64,000 nt of DNA from Candidatus Woesearchaeota archaeon (GCA_018675335.1 JABGYH010000007.1:111902-175901); one strand, 5' to 3'. Shown: positions 9,241 to 19,751, numbered from the stretch's first letter. The notes: a model not told the origin generated them from the letters alone. Translations and numbers: made by a program.

Positions 9241-10281
9241 TTATAACAATGATGCGAACACTTCAAATTTTTGTTCCCTATAACTAATTAATGTGTCATA
9301 ATTTTTAACTCGATCTTTAAATTCAAGACGGATCTTACGAATAGTGTCATGAAATCCCTTTTGATTTCTAGCAACAACTTTTAACACAATATTATAATCC
9401 CCCATTGTTTTCATTGCACGAACAATATTTGGGTGCATCCTTACAAGTTGCTTGAATTTCATCTCATCTTCTTTAGTCATGTATTTCATATTCAAAAATA
9501 AAGTATAAAATTGATATCCTATTAAAGACCAGTTAATGATTGTGCTAAATTGTTGAATTACGCCTTTGTCCACTAGTTTTTTAATTCGGTAATTAACAGT
9601 ATCTGCACTGACACTTAATTTTTCAGCTAACGCATATAATGATTCCCTGCCATTTTTTGCGAGAAGATTCATTAAATTCCTATCAGTTTCATCCAATTTA
9701 ATATCATCTTGCCCTAATTCTTTATGCTTTTTTGGTTTATCCAAATTTTCGATTTCAGGTGGCTCTTCAATTTTTTGTTTTACAAATTCTCTTGGTATGT
9801 TAACATAGGAATAATTTTTGATAACATGAAAAATTTCCATATTTTCAACTAGATCAGAAAACTTTGTTAAAAAATCATTTAATACTTCATCAAATTCATC
9901 AACAGTTTTAGAATAAACCGCCAATTCAAGCTCCCATTTATCACTATATTCTATAATATTTAGAAAATTAGGATTTTTTTTAAGATAATCAAATAATTCT
10001 TTTTCTTTGCTTGACTCTAATTCGACAATTTGCAAATATACCTTAAAATGCTTATAATCAAATAAAGAATATTTAGATAAAATTGTGAATTTTTGTATAA
10101 CTCCTAATTCTTGCATGCGATTAATTCTATACCTAACTGCATCTCGTGATAACATCACTTTTTTTGCAAGCTCAGAAAATGTTAAACGACAATTATTAAC
10201 TAACAACCCAATAATTTTCCTATCTTTTAGGTCGAGCTTAGGAAGCTCAGAAACTTCATCCAGTATTCTTGTTACAACCAT
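9241..10281 (-). CDS. Tandem-fused Lrp/AsnC family transcriptional regulator (two HTH+RAM modules)
   Basis: Two repeats of an HTH (DRKIIGLLVNNCRLTFSELAKKV / DRNLMNLLAKNGRESLYALAEKL) each followed by a RAM-like domain. 346 aa is about 2 x 170. Confidence 0.7.
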   Translation of the reverse strand: MVVTRILDEVSELPKLDLKDRKIIGLLVNNCRLTFSELAKKVMLSRDAVRYRINRMQELGVIQKFTILSKYSLFDYKHFKVYLQIVELESSKEKELFDYLKKNPNFLNIIEYSDKWELELAVYSKTVDEFDEVLNDFLTKFSDLVENMEIFHVIKNYSYVNIPREFVKQKIEEPPEIENLDKPKKHKELGQDDIKLDETDRNLMNLLAKNGRESLYALAEKLSVSADTVNYRIKKLVDKGVIQQFSTIINWSLIGYQFYTLFLNMKYMTKEDEMKFKQLVRMHPNIVRAMKTMGDYNIVLKVVARNQKGFHDTIRKIRLEFKDRVKNYDTLISYREQKFEVFASLL

Positions 10282-10520
10282 TTTAGATATTTTAAAATTT
10301 ATTATTATTTAAAACTTACGATTTAATTAGCTAATTATGTGAAAACTTAATTAAATCACTAATCAAACTCAAGAATAATAAGAAAAATAAGTAAACTGAT
10401 AAAACTAAGAAAAATAAGACAACTAATAAAAATAAGAAAACTCAAAAAAATAAAATCAACCATAATAATAAAAATAATAATAAAAATAATAATAATTATA
10501 AAAATACGCAAGACCCATAG

Positions 10521-11813
10521 TTAATACTTAGCTCTTTTACCAAGTTCCACTTCTATTTGCATGAGCCTATTGTATTTTGCTAAACGTTCTCCCCTACAAG
10601 GCGCTCCAGATTTGATTTGACCCGAACCCAAACCCACAACTAAATCCGAAATAAATGTACTAGTAGTCTCACCACTACGATGACTAACCATCACATTCCA
10701 ATCATTTTTCAACGCCAACTTTGCAGCAGCTAATGCTTCTGTTACGGTCCCAATTTGATTCACCTTTAACAAAAGTGCATTGCATAAATTCCTGTCAAGT
10801 GCAAGTTTAACACGATCAACACTCGTAACTAACAAATCATCACCAACAATTTGAACTTTTTTTCTCTTAAGAACTTTATTTTGTCGCAACATAGAAAAGC
10901 CAGAAAAATCATCTTGATCAAAAGGATCTTCAATAGATACAATAGGATATTTTTTAACTAACTCTTCATAAAAATCAACAAATTTGTTTTTCGAAAATCG
11001 TTTTCCATCAACTTTGTAATAACCTTTATGAAAAAACTCAGACGCTGCCGCATCCATTGCAATCTTAATTTTTTTAGAATAACCTAAATCATCAATTGCA
11101 GTCACCAGTAAATTTAATGCTTGTTCAACACAATCAATTCTTGGAGCAAACCCTCCTTCATCACCAACATTAGTGGAATCCTTGCCATACTTATGACCAA
11201 TAACTCTTTTTAATTCGTGATATGTTTCGGCACCAATACGAACACTATCCGCAAAATTCTTCCCTTTAGGCGCAATCATAAATTCTTGAAACGCCAATTT
11301 ATTTTCTGCGTGCTTCCCACCATTTAAAACATTGAAAAATGGAGTTGGCAAGCGATTTTTAGTACCAATAATCGAATATAACTTTTTATTTTTGACAATG
11401 GAACAAAGACGATATGATGCCAAACTAACTCCTAAAATTGCATTCGCACCAAGTCGAGATTTGTTTTTAGTTCCATCCAAATCCACTAATGCGCGATCTA
11501 TTTTTTTAGGTTCACGAACATCAAAACCTTTTAATTTACGATTTATAATTGTATTAACATTATTAACTGCTTTTAAAACTCCTTTACCACCGTACCGTTT
11601 GCCACCATCTCTTAGTTCCCACGCTTCATGAATCCCTGTTGATGCACCACTTGGTACTTCTTCTGTTGCAGAGTGAGTTTTTGTAAATACTGTAACTTCA
11701 ACTGTAGGATTACCTCTAGAATCAAGAATTTCTCTAGCAAAAATCTTTCTTATGAAAAAATCGTCTTTTGCAGCCCTAACAGAAATAAATTTTGTAGCCA
11801 AGTTACACCTCAA
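10521..11813 (-). CDS. eno: Enolase (phosphopyruvate hydratase)
   Basis: [15 protein letters not shown] and SHRSGETEDTFIADL-like [15 protein letters not shown] motifs. The track ORF starts at TTG. The real start may lie about 20 codons in from the track start. Confidence 0.92.
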   Translation of the reverse strand: MRCNLATKFISVRAAKDDFFIRKIFAREILDSRGNPTVEVTVFTKTHSATEEVPSGASTGIHEAWELRDGGKRYGGKGVLKAVNNVNTIINRKLKGFDVREPKKIDRALVDLDGTKNKSRLGANAILGVSLASYRLCSIVKNKKLYSIIGTKNRLPTPFFNVLNGGKHAENKLAFQEFMIAPKGKNFADSVRIGAETYHELKRVIGHKYGKDSTNVGDEGGFAPRIDCVEQALNLLVTAIDDLGYSKKIKIAMDAAASEFFHKGYYKVDGKRFSKNKFVDFYEELVKKYPIVSIEDPFDQDDFSGFSMLRQNKVLKRKKVQIVGDDLLVTSVDRVKLALDRNLCNALLLKVNQIGTVTEALAAAKLALKNDWNVMVSHRSGETTSTFISDLVVGLGSGQIKSGAPCRGERLAKYNRLMQIEVELGKRAKY

Positions 11814-12040
11814 TTTTTGAAAATAATATTTTTACAAACCCATTTATGACCTAATCGCCAACAAATTAGATCTGATTATTAAAAATATAATATAATAGAT
11901 GAAAATAGTTATTTATAAACTTTATGTAGCACTAGCGAGTAAACTATCTGGTTAATATTAAAAATAACGAATTGATAGTACCCCAAATTGATTAAATTAA
12001 ATCAGTAATTGATTCAATACTTAATTATTGAATCAGTGCA

Positions 12041-12931
12041 TTAACCAATATAACTAGTTTCTTTAGTTAGTCTTTGAGTAATTTTTTTCAAACTACTTTT
12101 AGATACTTTACTTGCATCACCTGGTTCTTGTGATAATTCTTTTTCTAATTCGGCAATTTCCTTATCAAGCTTTTTGATACTAATGCCTAAATTAAGTTTT
12201 TTATCTAAGATCTTAATTATTTCTCTTGCTCCACCCACACCTAAATAAGCAGGATGACCAAGAGTTTCTGCAAGTAAACAAATACCAGGAACATCTTGTC
12301 TTTCTGCAAGACCAATTAACAATCCACTCACACCAATAATTGGGCCCACAACACCAAATATATTATGATTAATTTTAATGCCTTTTTGAAACGAAGTCAT
12401 AAAATCAGAATTATTAGCAGTACAATAAACTTGAGGTTTCTTAGGTGCTTGACCCAAACCAATACCTCCCAAAGTAATTATTTCAGATCCCCCAACTTTT
12501 TTAAACAAACTTAGAACTGAATCGCAAAAAGCATAACAACTCCTGCCATCAGTTGGTTGAAGATCTCCAGTTATGATTATTAAATCTCGTTTATCGCAAG
12601 ACTTAATTTTTTTTACTTTTTTTTCCGATTTAGAATTTTTAGTTAGTTTAGCTTTATCTTTTCCATTACCATTAAATTTTTTGTAATAAACTTCAATAAG
12701 TGGAAGTTCAACACGATTATGCTCATTAATAAAAACAGAATTTGGCAAATCATACGAAAAAATCTCAAAAACTTTTTTAGCCTTAATTTGTTCAATAATA
12801 AAATCTACAGCAATTTTACCAACATTACCAATTCCAGGCATTCCTTCCACTAAAACAGGATTGTTAAGTTTAGGTATTTTGTTTGTTTGCGGGATAAATT
12901 TCCAATCAGTCAATTTAAGGTACCTCACCAA
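12041..12931 (-). CDS. PAC2-family proteasome assembly chaperone
   Basis: PVLVEGMPGIGNVGKIAVDFII and IIITGDLQ PAC2 signature segments. Confidence 0.7.
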   Translation of the reverse strand: MVRYLKLTDWKFIPQTNKIPKLNNPVLVEGMPGIGNVGKIAVDFIIEQIKAKKVFEIFSYDLPNSVFINEHNRVELPLIEVYYKKFNGNGKDKAKLTKNSKSEKKVKKIKSCDKRDLIIITGDLQPTDGRSCYAFCDSVLSLFKKVGGSEIITLGGIGLGQAPKKPQVYCTANNSDFMTSFQKGIKINHNIFGVVGPIIGVSGLLIGLAERQDVPGICLLAETLGHPAYLGVGGAREIIKILDKKLNLGISIKKLDKEIAELEKELSQEPGDASKVSKSSLKKITQRLTKETSYIG

Positions 12932-13075
12932 ATATTATTTTAAATCATTATTTTAACGCATTATCTTAACACATTATCTTAAATCAGCAATTCAAAACAT
13001 CATTTCAAATCAACAGTTCAAAACATCAGTTCAAAGTATAATTACAAATAAATCATATTAGCAATTATTCATTAA

Positions 13076-13255
13076 TTATAGACGACCATCATTTTCAAGA
13101 AGTTCTTTTCTCGCCTTACGACGATAACTACCATAAGGATCTTCAGGACTAAATTTAGCAGGAGCAGGATTAACTGTTTTCGCATTACAAGAAGGGCAAT
13201 CAGCCTCCATAGAATAAACATCACAACTTTTGCACTTAAGTATATGTCTCGCCAT
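13076..13255 (-). CDS. nop10: H/ACA ribonucleoprotein subunit Nop10 (59 aa). Not in the ORF track.
   Basis: Manual translation gives MARHILKCKSCDVYSMEADCPSCNAKTVNPAPAKFSPEDPYGSYRRKARKELL: zinc ribbon plus the P-x-FSP-D-Y Nop10 motif. It sits in the conserved Nop10-aIF2alpha-S27e-L44e neighbourhood. Confidence 0.7.
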   Translation of the reverse strand: MARHILKCKSCDVYSMEADCPSCNAKTVNPAPAKFSPEDPYGSYRRKARKELLENDGRL

Positions 13256-13413
13256 TTTTAGAATGTAAGTATCTTCTTCCTTATATTTTTTACTTTTGAA
13301 ATTTGAAAAAAAAGGTTTTATTTCGAAAAAAATAAATTTTCATCGAATAATTAATGAATTAATATGTGAATAAATATTATCAACTGACTGAATTTTATTA
13401 AATTAATAAGATG

Positions 13414-14202
13414 TTAAGACTTTTGCTCAATTCGCTTGAATTCAGCATAACCATCAACTTTTTCAATTCCCTCAATCACATATTCTGTAACCGCTTTTAA
13501 TTTTTTCTCAACACTTTTGTAATCAGTATCTGAAACTTCTAAAATATATGCGCCACCGCCCTTATATTTAATCATTGAATCTTTTGCTTTTTTCAAAGAT
13601 TCAGTAAGAACTTTTTTAATTGTTTCAATACCATCTGGAGTGAAAAGTTTAATTTTGAATTCTCCTGATGCAAATTTAATAGAAGGTTTAATTCTTTGTT
13701 TAATTGTAACGCCAAGTAACTTCATAATATTTTCAGGAAGTTTATAATCATCCAGTGCAGAGTCATCAGAAATATAATCTTCAAAACACGGATAAATATT
13801 ATCATAATCATTTAAAATCTTATCACAAAGAGTTTTGTAAATATCTTTAACATTTAGCTTTAACTCTCCTGCAACAAACTCAATAATTTTTTCAGCCTTT
13901 TGTTCTTGCTTAATCTCGTCGACTTTCGCACGTCTTTGAGTTTCAGTAACTCTCCTTAAACTTAAATCAACATGACCTCGTTCTTTATCAGTTTTAAGAA
14001 CTTTACAAATAACTTTTTTACCCTCTTTAACATAATCGTGAATATTTCTAATTCTACCAGGAGATACTTCCCCAATGTGAATCATACCACTTTTACCACC
14101 AAAATCATCAATGGTTACAAAAACACAATGCGGATAAATTTTAGTAACATTACAAAGAAGAATTTCCCCATCCTCTGGCAAGCCAGTTTTTTGTCTTAAC
14201 AT
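13414..14202 (-). CDS. eif2a: Translation initiation factor 2 alpha subunit
   Basis: N-terminal S1 domain (GEILLCNVTKI...SLRRV), helical domain and C-terminal alpha/beta domain. 262 aa. Confidence 0.85.
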   Translation of the reverse strand: MLRQKTGLPEDGEILLCNVTKIYPHCVFVTIDDFGGKSGMIHIGEVSPGRIRNIHDYVKEGKKVICKVLKTDKERGHVDLSLRRVTETQRRAKVDEIKQEQKAEKIIEFVAGELKLNVKDIYKTLCDKILNDYDNIYPCFEDYISDDSALDDYKLPENIMKLLGVTIKQRIKPSIKFASGEFKIKLFTPDGIETIKKVLTESLKKAKDSMIKYKGGGAYILEVSDTDYKSVEKKLKAVTEYVIEGIEKVDGYAEFKRIEQKS

Positions 14203-14306
14203 TTTTATTAAACACTCAAATCAGCAATATATACAATTAACACAACAATTAAAAAAAAATGTGTAAAAAAACTATAAAAATTATTAAACGTATTAAAAGA
14301 GCAGAA

Positions 14307-14489
14307 TTACTCAAGAACCTCAAGGATTCTTGCCTTAACTTTGGACTTTCCACCAGTACTTTCAGCCAAAGGCTTATCACAAACTAAACATTTAACGGTA
14401 GATGCAGTTTTTCCAAACATAATCTGTTCATTCTTACATTTAGGACATCGAACTTTTATAAATCTTGATGATGGATCTTTAACTCTCAT
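14307..14489 (-). CDS. rps27e: 30S ribosomal protein S27e
   Basis: C4 zinc finger: VRCPKCKNEQIMFGKTASTVKCLVCDKPL. Confidence 0.85.
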   Translation of the reverse strand: MRVKDPSSRFIKVRCPKCKNEQIMFGKTASTVKCLVCDKPLAESTGGKSKVKARILEVLE

Positions 14490-14502
14490 TTTATTTCCTC
14501 AA

Positions 14503-14814
14503 CTATTTCAACTCAACTCGTTTAGCACGAATTCCTTTTTTCTGACAATGACTTTTTTTACACTCTTTACATTCATATCTAAAATCAGTTTTTTTAGAAA
14601 CTTTCTTTCCAGTCATTTTGAATGCGCTAATAGCAGGCTTACTACCATACTTACCAAGATTACCAGCACCTTTTCCGAAACCAGTTCTCTTCTTAGCATT
14701 AATACCTAGAGGTTTTGCACTACCAGGACTTCTTCTTTTAGCTTGAGTCACTTTATGCTCTGTATGTTTCTTACACTTAGGACAGAGCCTTTTGATTAAT
14801 TTTGGTTTTTTCAT
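14503..14814 (-). CDS. rpl44e: 50S ribosomal protein L44e (eL42)
   Basis: CPKCKKHTEHKV...ECKECKK zinc ribbon. Probable ATG start MKKPKL, 3 codons inside the track ORF (which starts at GTG). Confidence 0.8.
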   Translation of the reverse strand: MKKPKLIKRLCPKCKKHTEHKVTQAKRRSPGSAKPLGINAKKRTGFGKGAGNLGKYGSKPAISAFKMTGKKVSKKTDFRYECKECKKSHCQKKGIRAKRVELK

Positions 14815-14976
14815 AATTAACACCGAATTTATTAATGAATATGAGTACGAATTATATTTATAAAGCGCATTTGTTCTGATTTAGGGGTCATTTATAAATA
14901 TTTTGGTTTAACCACCACAGCGCCCGAAAACATTGAAAACTGGGTTTAAGAAGGTTTTAAATTCAGACCTTAAGTT

Positions 14977-15702
14977 TTAAAGTTTTACTGCTTGTTCTTT
15001 ACTTATTAACACTTGCGCAAGTTCTGAGGGGAGCTCAACTTCATCACCCTCATTAAAAGGCCCGTAAATCTCTAGATCTGGACCTACAACCTCCTCAACT
15101 TGCTTAGTTATTTTAAGCTTGAATGGCGAGTTTAATTGATCTTTTTGTATCCCCTTATCTTTAGTTTCCATAACAGGAATTGATGATTCTGATTGGGATA
15201 CTCGCTTTACTGAGTTAGATTCAGATAAAAATTCTAAATCATCCTCAATCTCACTTGGAAGTTTTACCTCTAAAATTCCCACAGGAGTTCTAAAATTAAC
15301 AAGATTAAACAAAATATCAGACCTGTGCTGAGACAAAGTTGAAAAAATATTATCAAAAAAATCCTTCTCAACACCCAACATATTAGTGGCATTAATAATA
15401 CTTGAGCCAGTTTTAGCTTTCATAACTGCCATCATAAGAATTTTTTTCTCCCTATGATCATAAATATCCTTTAAAATTTTCCGTAAATTTTCGAGTTGAA
15501 TTCTAGCTTTATCTTTTTCTCCTTGTGCAAAAAGATTTTTCTGATCTTCCTCTTTATCAAAAATGGCACGTTTATCCTTTAAATAAGCTAAAACCTGCCC
15601 ATAAAACTCAGGATCCAATTTCTGAAGCTCATCTTTTGTTTTTTCTACTCTAAGTATATCAAAAAGACTCTCGTAAGTAATAATTACGTCTTTATCTGCC
15701 AT
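14977..15702 (-). CDS. Hypothetical protein: helical K/E-rich N-terminal half and a beta-rich C-terminal half. A GINS-like fold is possible but unsupported.
   Basis: Clean 241-aa ORF adjacent to the ribosomal cluster. No diagnostic motif. Confidence 0.4.
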   Translation of the reverse strand: MADKDVIITYESLFDILRVEKTKDELQKLDPEFYGQVLAYLKDKRAIFDKEEDQKNLFAQGEKDKARIQLENLRKILKDIYDHREKKILMMAVMKAKTGSSIINATNMLGVEKDFFDNIFSTLSQHRSDILFNLVNFRTPVGILEVKLPSEIEDDLEFLSESNSVKRVSQSESSIPVMETKDKGIQKDQLNSPFKLKITKQVEEVVGPDLEIYGPFNEGDEVELPSELAQVLISKEQAVKL

Positions 15703-16089
15703 TTGTTAAAAACACCCCAAAACATTAACTAATTTGAAACTTTATTTAGTTTTGTATTATTGGCAACTAGAATTATTTCAATTAAATAAATACTCAACTT
15801 GAATTACCAGATAAACAATCCAGAATCACCAAATAAACACTCCAAAATAACCAAATAAACAAGCCACAATCATCAAATAACTAAATCCACACCAAATTTT
15901 AAACAAACTGAATTACTACAATTACAACATAAACAAAATTGAATCAGTCTGATTTAATTTATAACTTCATTTAAATAACACTTAAATAGAGATTGTGATT
16001 TTATTTTTGTAACAATAAATAAAAATATTTTGTAATAAATACCTCAAAATATTTAGATATAATGTTTAGCAATAATAACTAATGATAAA

Positions 16090-17316
16090 ATGGCAATATT
16101 AGAATTTGAAGATATGAGTTTTGAAAAATTTGAGAATCAAATTAGAATTGTTTTTCTTAAAAATTATGAATGCTTCATCCCAATAGATGAACTAACGAAA
16201 ATAGGCGAGTTTGAAATTTTTCCAAATAAAATAGAACTGAAAAATATTAATGAAAATATTGCTGAGAGAAAATTTAATAACTTACTTACTCGCGCATTTC
16301 AAAATTTAACAAACACAATAACTAAGAAAAAAACAATTTATGTTCACAAACAAAGTAAAATACCCTTGAAAGGCACAATTTATTTTGGAGTTGTTGACCG
16401 AGGAAGTGATATGTTAGATGTGAGACCACTTACTGGCTGTAATCTTAATTGCGTATTTTGCTCAGTTGATGAAGGCATAAGCTCAAAAAAAACAACTGAT
16501 TATGTAGTGGAAAAAGATTATTTAATACAAGAACTTAAAGAATTAATAAAATTTAAACAAAAACAAACAGAAGAAAATATCCCATACTCAGTATTTATCA
16601 ATCCCCTCGGAGAACCATTACTTTATCCGAAACTAGTTGAACTAATTGCAGATATTAAAAAAATAAACGGAATTAAATTAATTTCAATTATGACTAATGC
16701 AGAATTATTAACTCCCAAAAAAGCAGATGAATTAATTAATTCAGGACTCAATCAATTAAATATTTCAATACATTCATTGGATCCTGAAAAAGGGAAAAAA
16801 ATAATGGGAACAAATAATTACTCCACTGAAAAAATTAAAAAAACTATTTTATACATAAGAGAAAAATACCCTTTAGTGAAAATCATACTCGCACCAGTTT
16901 TTATGAAAAAATCAAATGAAGAAGACATAAAACAAATAATTAAATTTGGACAAGATAATGGTTGCGACACAGGAATTCAAAATTTCTTACGATACAAAAC
17001 AGGCAGAAATATGCTTAAAACAAAAGAAGTTAAATTCATTAAATTCTTTGAGATGTTAAAACAATGGGAAACTGAATTTAAAATAGAACTTATAAAAAAT
17101 TATAAATTAACCAAAACACCCCAATATGATCGAGCGTTCAAAAAAGGGGAAATTGTTAAAGCTGAAATTATTGCTCCGGGAAGATTGCCTGGCGAAGTTC
17201 TTGCAAAAGCCAACAATGTTTTAATAACTGTAACTGATGTTAAAAATAATTCAGGATTTCTAAAAGTAAAAATTGTCAGAATTAAAGATGGACTTTATTT
17301 AGGAATTCATGCGTAA
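16090..17316 (+). CDS. Radical SAM enzyme with a C-terminal TRAM-like domain, a probable RNA-modifying enzyme
   Basis: CNLNCVFCS (CxxxCxxC). The C-terminal segment KGEIVKAEIIAPGRLPGEVLAKANNVLITV...KVKIVRIKDG resembles a TRAM fold. Confidence 0.65.
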   Translation: MAILEFEDMSFEKFENQIRIVFLKNYECFIPIDELTKIGEFEIFPNKIELKNINENIAERKFNNLLTRAFQNLTNTITKKKTIYVHKQSKIPLKGTIYFGVVDRGSDMLDVRPLTGCNLNCVFCSVDEGISSKKTTDYVVEKDYLIQELKELIKFKQKQTEENIPYSVFINPLGEPLLYPKLVELIADIKKINGIKLISIMTNAELLTPKKADELINSGLNQLNISIHSLDPEKGKKIMGTNNYSTEKIKKTILYIREKYPLVKIILAPVFMKKSNEEDIKQIIKFGQDNGCDTGIQNFLRYKTGRNMLKTKEVKFIKFFEMLKQWETEFKIELIKNYKLTKTPQYDRAFKKGEIVKAEIIAPGRLPGEVLAKANNVLITVTDVKNNSGFLKVKIVRIKDGLYLGIHA

Positions 17317-17400
17317 ATAATTCTTGCAGATTTAACCTAATCAAATATAAATTTTAGAAAATAAAAAAAAAGTAAAAAAAATATTGAAAAAAATTTAGTC

Positions 17401-17964
17401 TTATGGACAGTTTACAACACGTACAAATGTACCATCTGGTGTGTTAATTGCAACTCTATTTTCTCCAGAAATAACACCCATGTCAAGACCAACACAAATT
17501 GTTGATTCTCCAGGTGTTAAAACTTCAGAACTACATTCAGGAGTTACATCAGATAAACCACGATTCATAATACCTACATTTGGTTTTGCATCAGCAGTTT
17601 TTGTTAAAACCCAATCTTTCTCACCAGTATTAACTAATTCGAAACTGATTTTATCTGCATCACAAACAACATCAGAAAATTCTGCGCTTTCAACAGTAAC
17701 ATCCATTGCTAGACCTTTATCTTCTTTTTCTGCCATTACTTCGTCAGAAATTTCTTCACCTTCTCCTTCTGGAAGAGTTGGTTTTTGTTCTACAACTTCA
17801 ACAGGTTCTGCTACCACAACTGGTTCTGGCACTACAACAGGTTCAGGAGCCACAGGTTCAGGTGCTACAGGAGCTTCCTCAACAGGTGTTTCTTTTGAAC
17901 CACAACCAAAAACAAAAAGTAGAGCTACTGCCAAAATTGCAATTGCTAATAATACTTTTTTCAT
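17401..17964 (-). CDS. Secreted lipoprotein with a Pro/Glu/Val-rich linker and a 4-Cys C-terminal domain
   Basis: Signal peptide ending in the lipobox-like LFVFGC. PEPV repeats (APVAPEPVAPEPVVVPEPVVVAEPVEV). Locally elevated GC. Confidence 0.6.
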   Translation of the reverse strand: MKKVLLAIAILAVALLFVFGCGSKETPVEEAPVAPEPVAPEPVVVPEPVVVAEPVEVVEQKPTLPEGEGEEISDEVMAEKEDKGLAMDVTVESAEFSDVVCDADKISFELVNTGEKDWVLTKTADAKPNVGIMNRGLSDVTPECSSEVLTPGESTICVGLDMGVISGENRVAINTPDGTFVRVVNCP

Positions 17965-18241
17965 TTTTTAATACCTCAATAATAGGTTATATTATTTAAT
18001 CACCAATTTTATGATTTAATAACCAATTTTGAATAATCTAATAACCACTTTTTAAATAAATCGCAGCATAATCATACACGCCGATTTAAAAGCCAATAAA
18101 CGCATGTGAGTTTATAAAACTTTGCAAATATATTTAAGAACCTATATTTAACAGAATATAATAAAACTGGACTTGAAGTGATAAAAATATTCAATCCCCT
18201 TAAATCACCAAAATTATTCAAATAAACTCTGCTAAATATAA

Positions 18242-18736
18242 CTATATTTTGCGTATTTCATCACAAATTATAGACTGCGAAGGATATTTGGTTGACGGAT
18301 CATTATTTTCCCCAGATATTTTTCCTCTCACTTCAATAAAATCACCTTTATTTAAATCAAATGAGTTTGGTTTGAAAGCAACTAAATTAAAGGAATTAGT
18401 TGATTCTAAGGTAATAAACAAAGTAGAATTTGTTTTAGTCTTAGATATTTTTGTGACTATTCCTGTTAATTTCACAGAAGATTCATCTAATAAATTACAA
18501 GACTGCGCAATATCTATTGAAATTTCAGAAATATTCTTAGAAGGAATAATTGAAAAAAGGTTGGTTAACGCAAATAATATAATAATCCCAAAAATTGAAC
18601 ATACCAAAGCTATTTTAATCAACGTCTTTTCTTTCACTTGAAAATCACCCGAATACTTAATTGATTTACGAGTTTTTATCGTTTCAGTTGAAAAAGCTGG
18701 AAAAGTTATTAAATAACCCGAAATTAATTCAAACAA
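18242..18736 (-). CDS. Membrane-anchored OB-fold (tRNA_anti-like) domain protein
   Basis: One TM helix, then a beta-rich segment ...GDFIEVRGKISGENN... typical of an OB fold. Confidence 0.4.
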   Translation of the reverse strand: MFELISGYLITFPAFSTETIKTRKSIKYSGDFQVKEKTLIKIALVCSIFGIIILFALTNLFSIIPSKNISEISIDIAQSCNLLDESSVKLTGIVTKISKTKTNSTLFITLESTNSFNLVAFKPNSFDLNKGDFIEVRGKISGENNDPSTKYPSQSIICDEIRKI

Positions 18737-18779
18737 ACAAAATTAAATTTTTAAATAATCAAACAAACGATAAACAAAA

Positions 18780-19751
18780 TTGAATAATAAAAATCAAAAT
18801 GCGAGTAAAAAAATGAGTAAAAAACTTCCTAAATTCAAAAGCAATGCATTTTTAGCACCAATGGCGGGGGTTACCGATGTAGCATTTAGAACACTTTGTA
18901 GAAAAATGGGTTGTGGTCTTGCCGTAACTGAAATGATTTCTGCAAATGCACTTTCACGCATGAACAAGACAACCATGCAAATGATAGATACGCAAAAAGA
19001 AGAAACGCCACGATGCATCCAATTATTTGGACAAAATGTTGAAACACTAGTTAAATCTGCAAAATATTGTGAAGATAAATGTGAAATAATTGATTTGAAT
19101 TTTGGGTGTCCTGCAAGTAAAATAATAAAACAAGGCGCAGGAAGTGCACTTATGGAACGACCTGCTAAAGTTTTAGAAATTGTAAAAGCAGTAAGCAAAT
19201 CTGTTAATATTCCCGTAAGTTGTAAAATAAGAAGCGGAATAAGTACCCGAAAAATAAATTGCATAGAAATTGCCAAAGCGTGCGAAGAAGGCGGCGCTCA
19301 AATGATTATTGTTCATCCCAGAACACAAAAACAAGGATATAGTGGAAGATCAAATTGGGAGTTAATCAAAAAAGTTAAAGATGAAGTTAATTCAGATATT
19401 GTCGTTGTTGGAAACGGAGATGTTGCAACACTTTCCGATTATGAACTAATGAAAAAAGAAACAAACTGTGATCATGTTATGATTGGAAGGGGAGCCATGG
19501 GCAATCCATTCATATTTAGCAAAATAAAATTAAAAAAAGGATTTGAAGTTAGTTCAAAATTAAAATATGATGCATTCACAAAATATGTCACTTTAGCAAA
19601 TAAATTCGGCATAGGAATTAATTCAATAAAATTACACGCACAATCATTTACTAAAGGCGAAAAAAAATCAGGAAGAGTGCGACTTGCCATAAGCAAATCA
19701 CAAAAAATAGAAAAAATAGAAAAACTCATGGAAGAATTTTTTGATGAATAA
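18780..19751 (+). CDS. dus: tRNA-dihydrouridine synthase
   Basis: LAPMAGVTDVAFR, IDLNFGCPASK, FMN/TIM-barrel motifs. Confidence 0.8.
   Translation: MNNKNQNASKKMSKKLPKFKSNAFLAPMAGVTDVAFRTLCRKMGCGLAVTEMISANALSRMNKTTMQMIDTQKEETPRCIQLFGQNVETLVKSAKYCEDKCEIIDLNFGCPASKIIKQGAGSALMERPAKVLEIVKAVSKSVNIPVSCKIRSGISTRKINCIEIAKACEEGGAQMIIVHPRTQKQGYSGRSNWELIKKVKDEVNSDIVVVGNGDVATLSDYELMKKETNCDHVMIGRGAMGNPFIFSKIKLKKGFEVSSKLKYDAFTKYVTLANKFGIGINSIKLHAQSFTKGEKKSGRVRLAISKSQKIEKIEKLMEEFFDE

Noticed and set aside
17441-17999. Two + strand ORFs (176 and 97 aa) opposite the lipoprotein gene
   Set aside because: Their S/T/G-rich and L/Q-rich products are mirror artefacts of the PEPV repeat coding strand.
18249-18641. 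130-aa + strand ORF overlapping the OB-fold gene
   Set aside because: Antisense overlap. Neither ORF has strong evidence, but the minus-strand one has a TM anchor plus a domain-like segment, so it was preferred.
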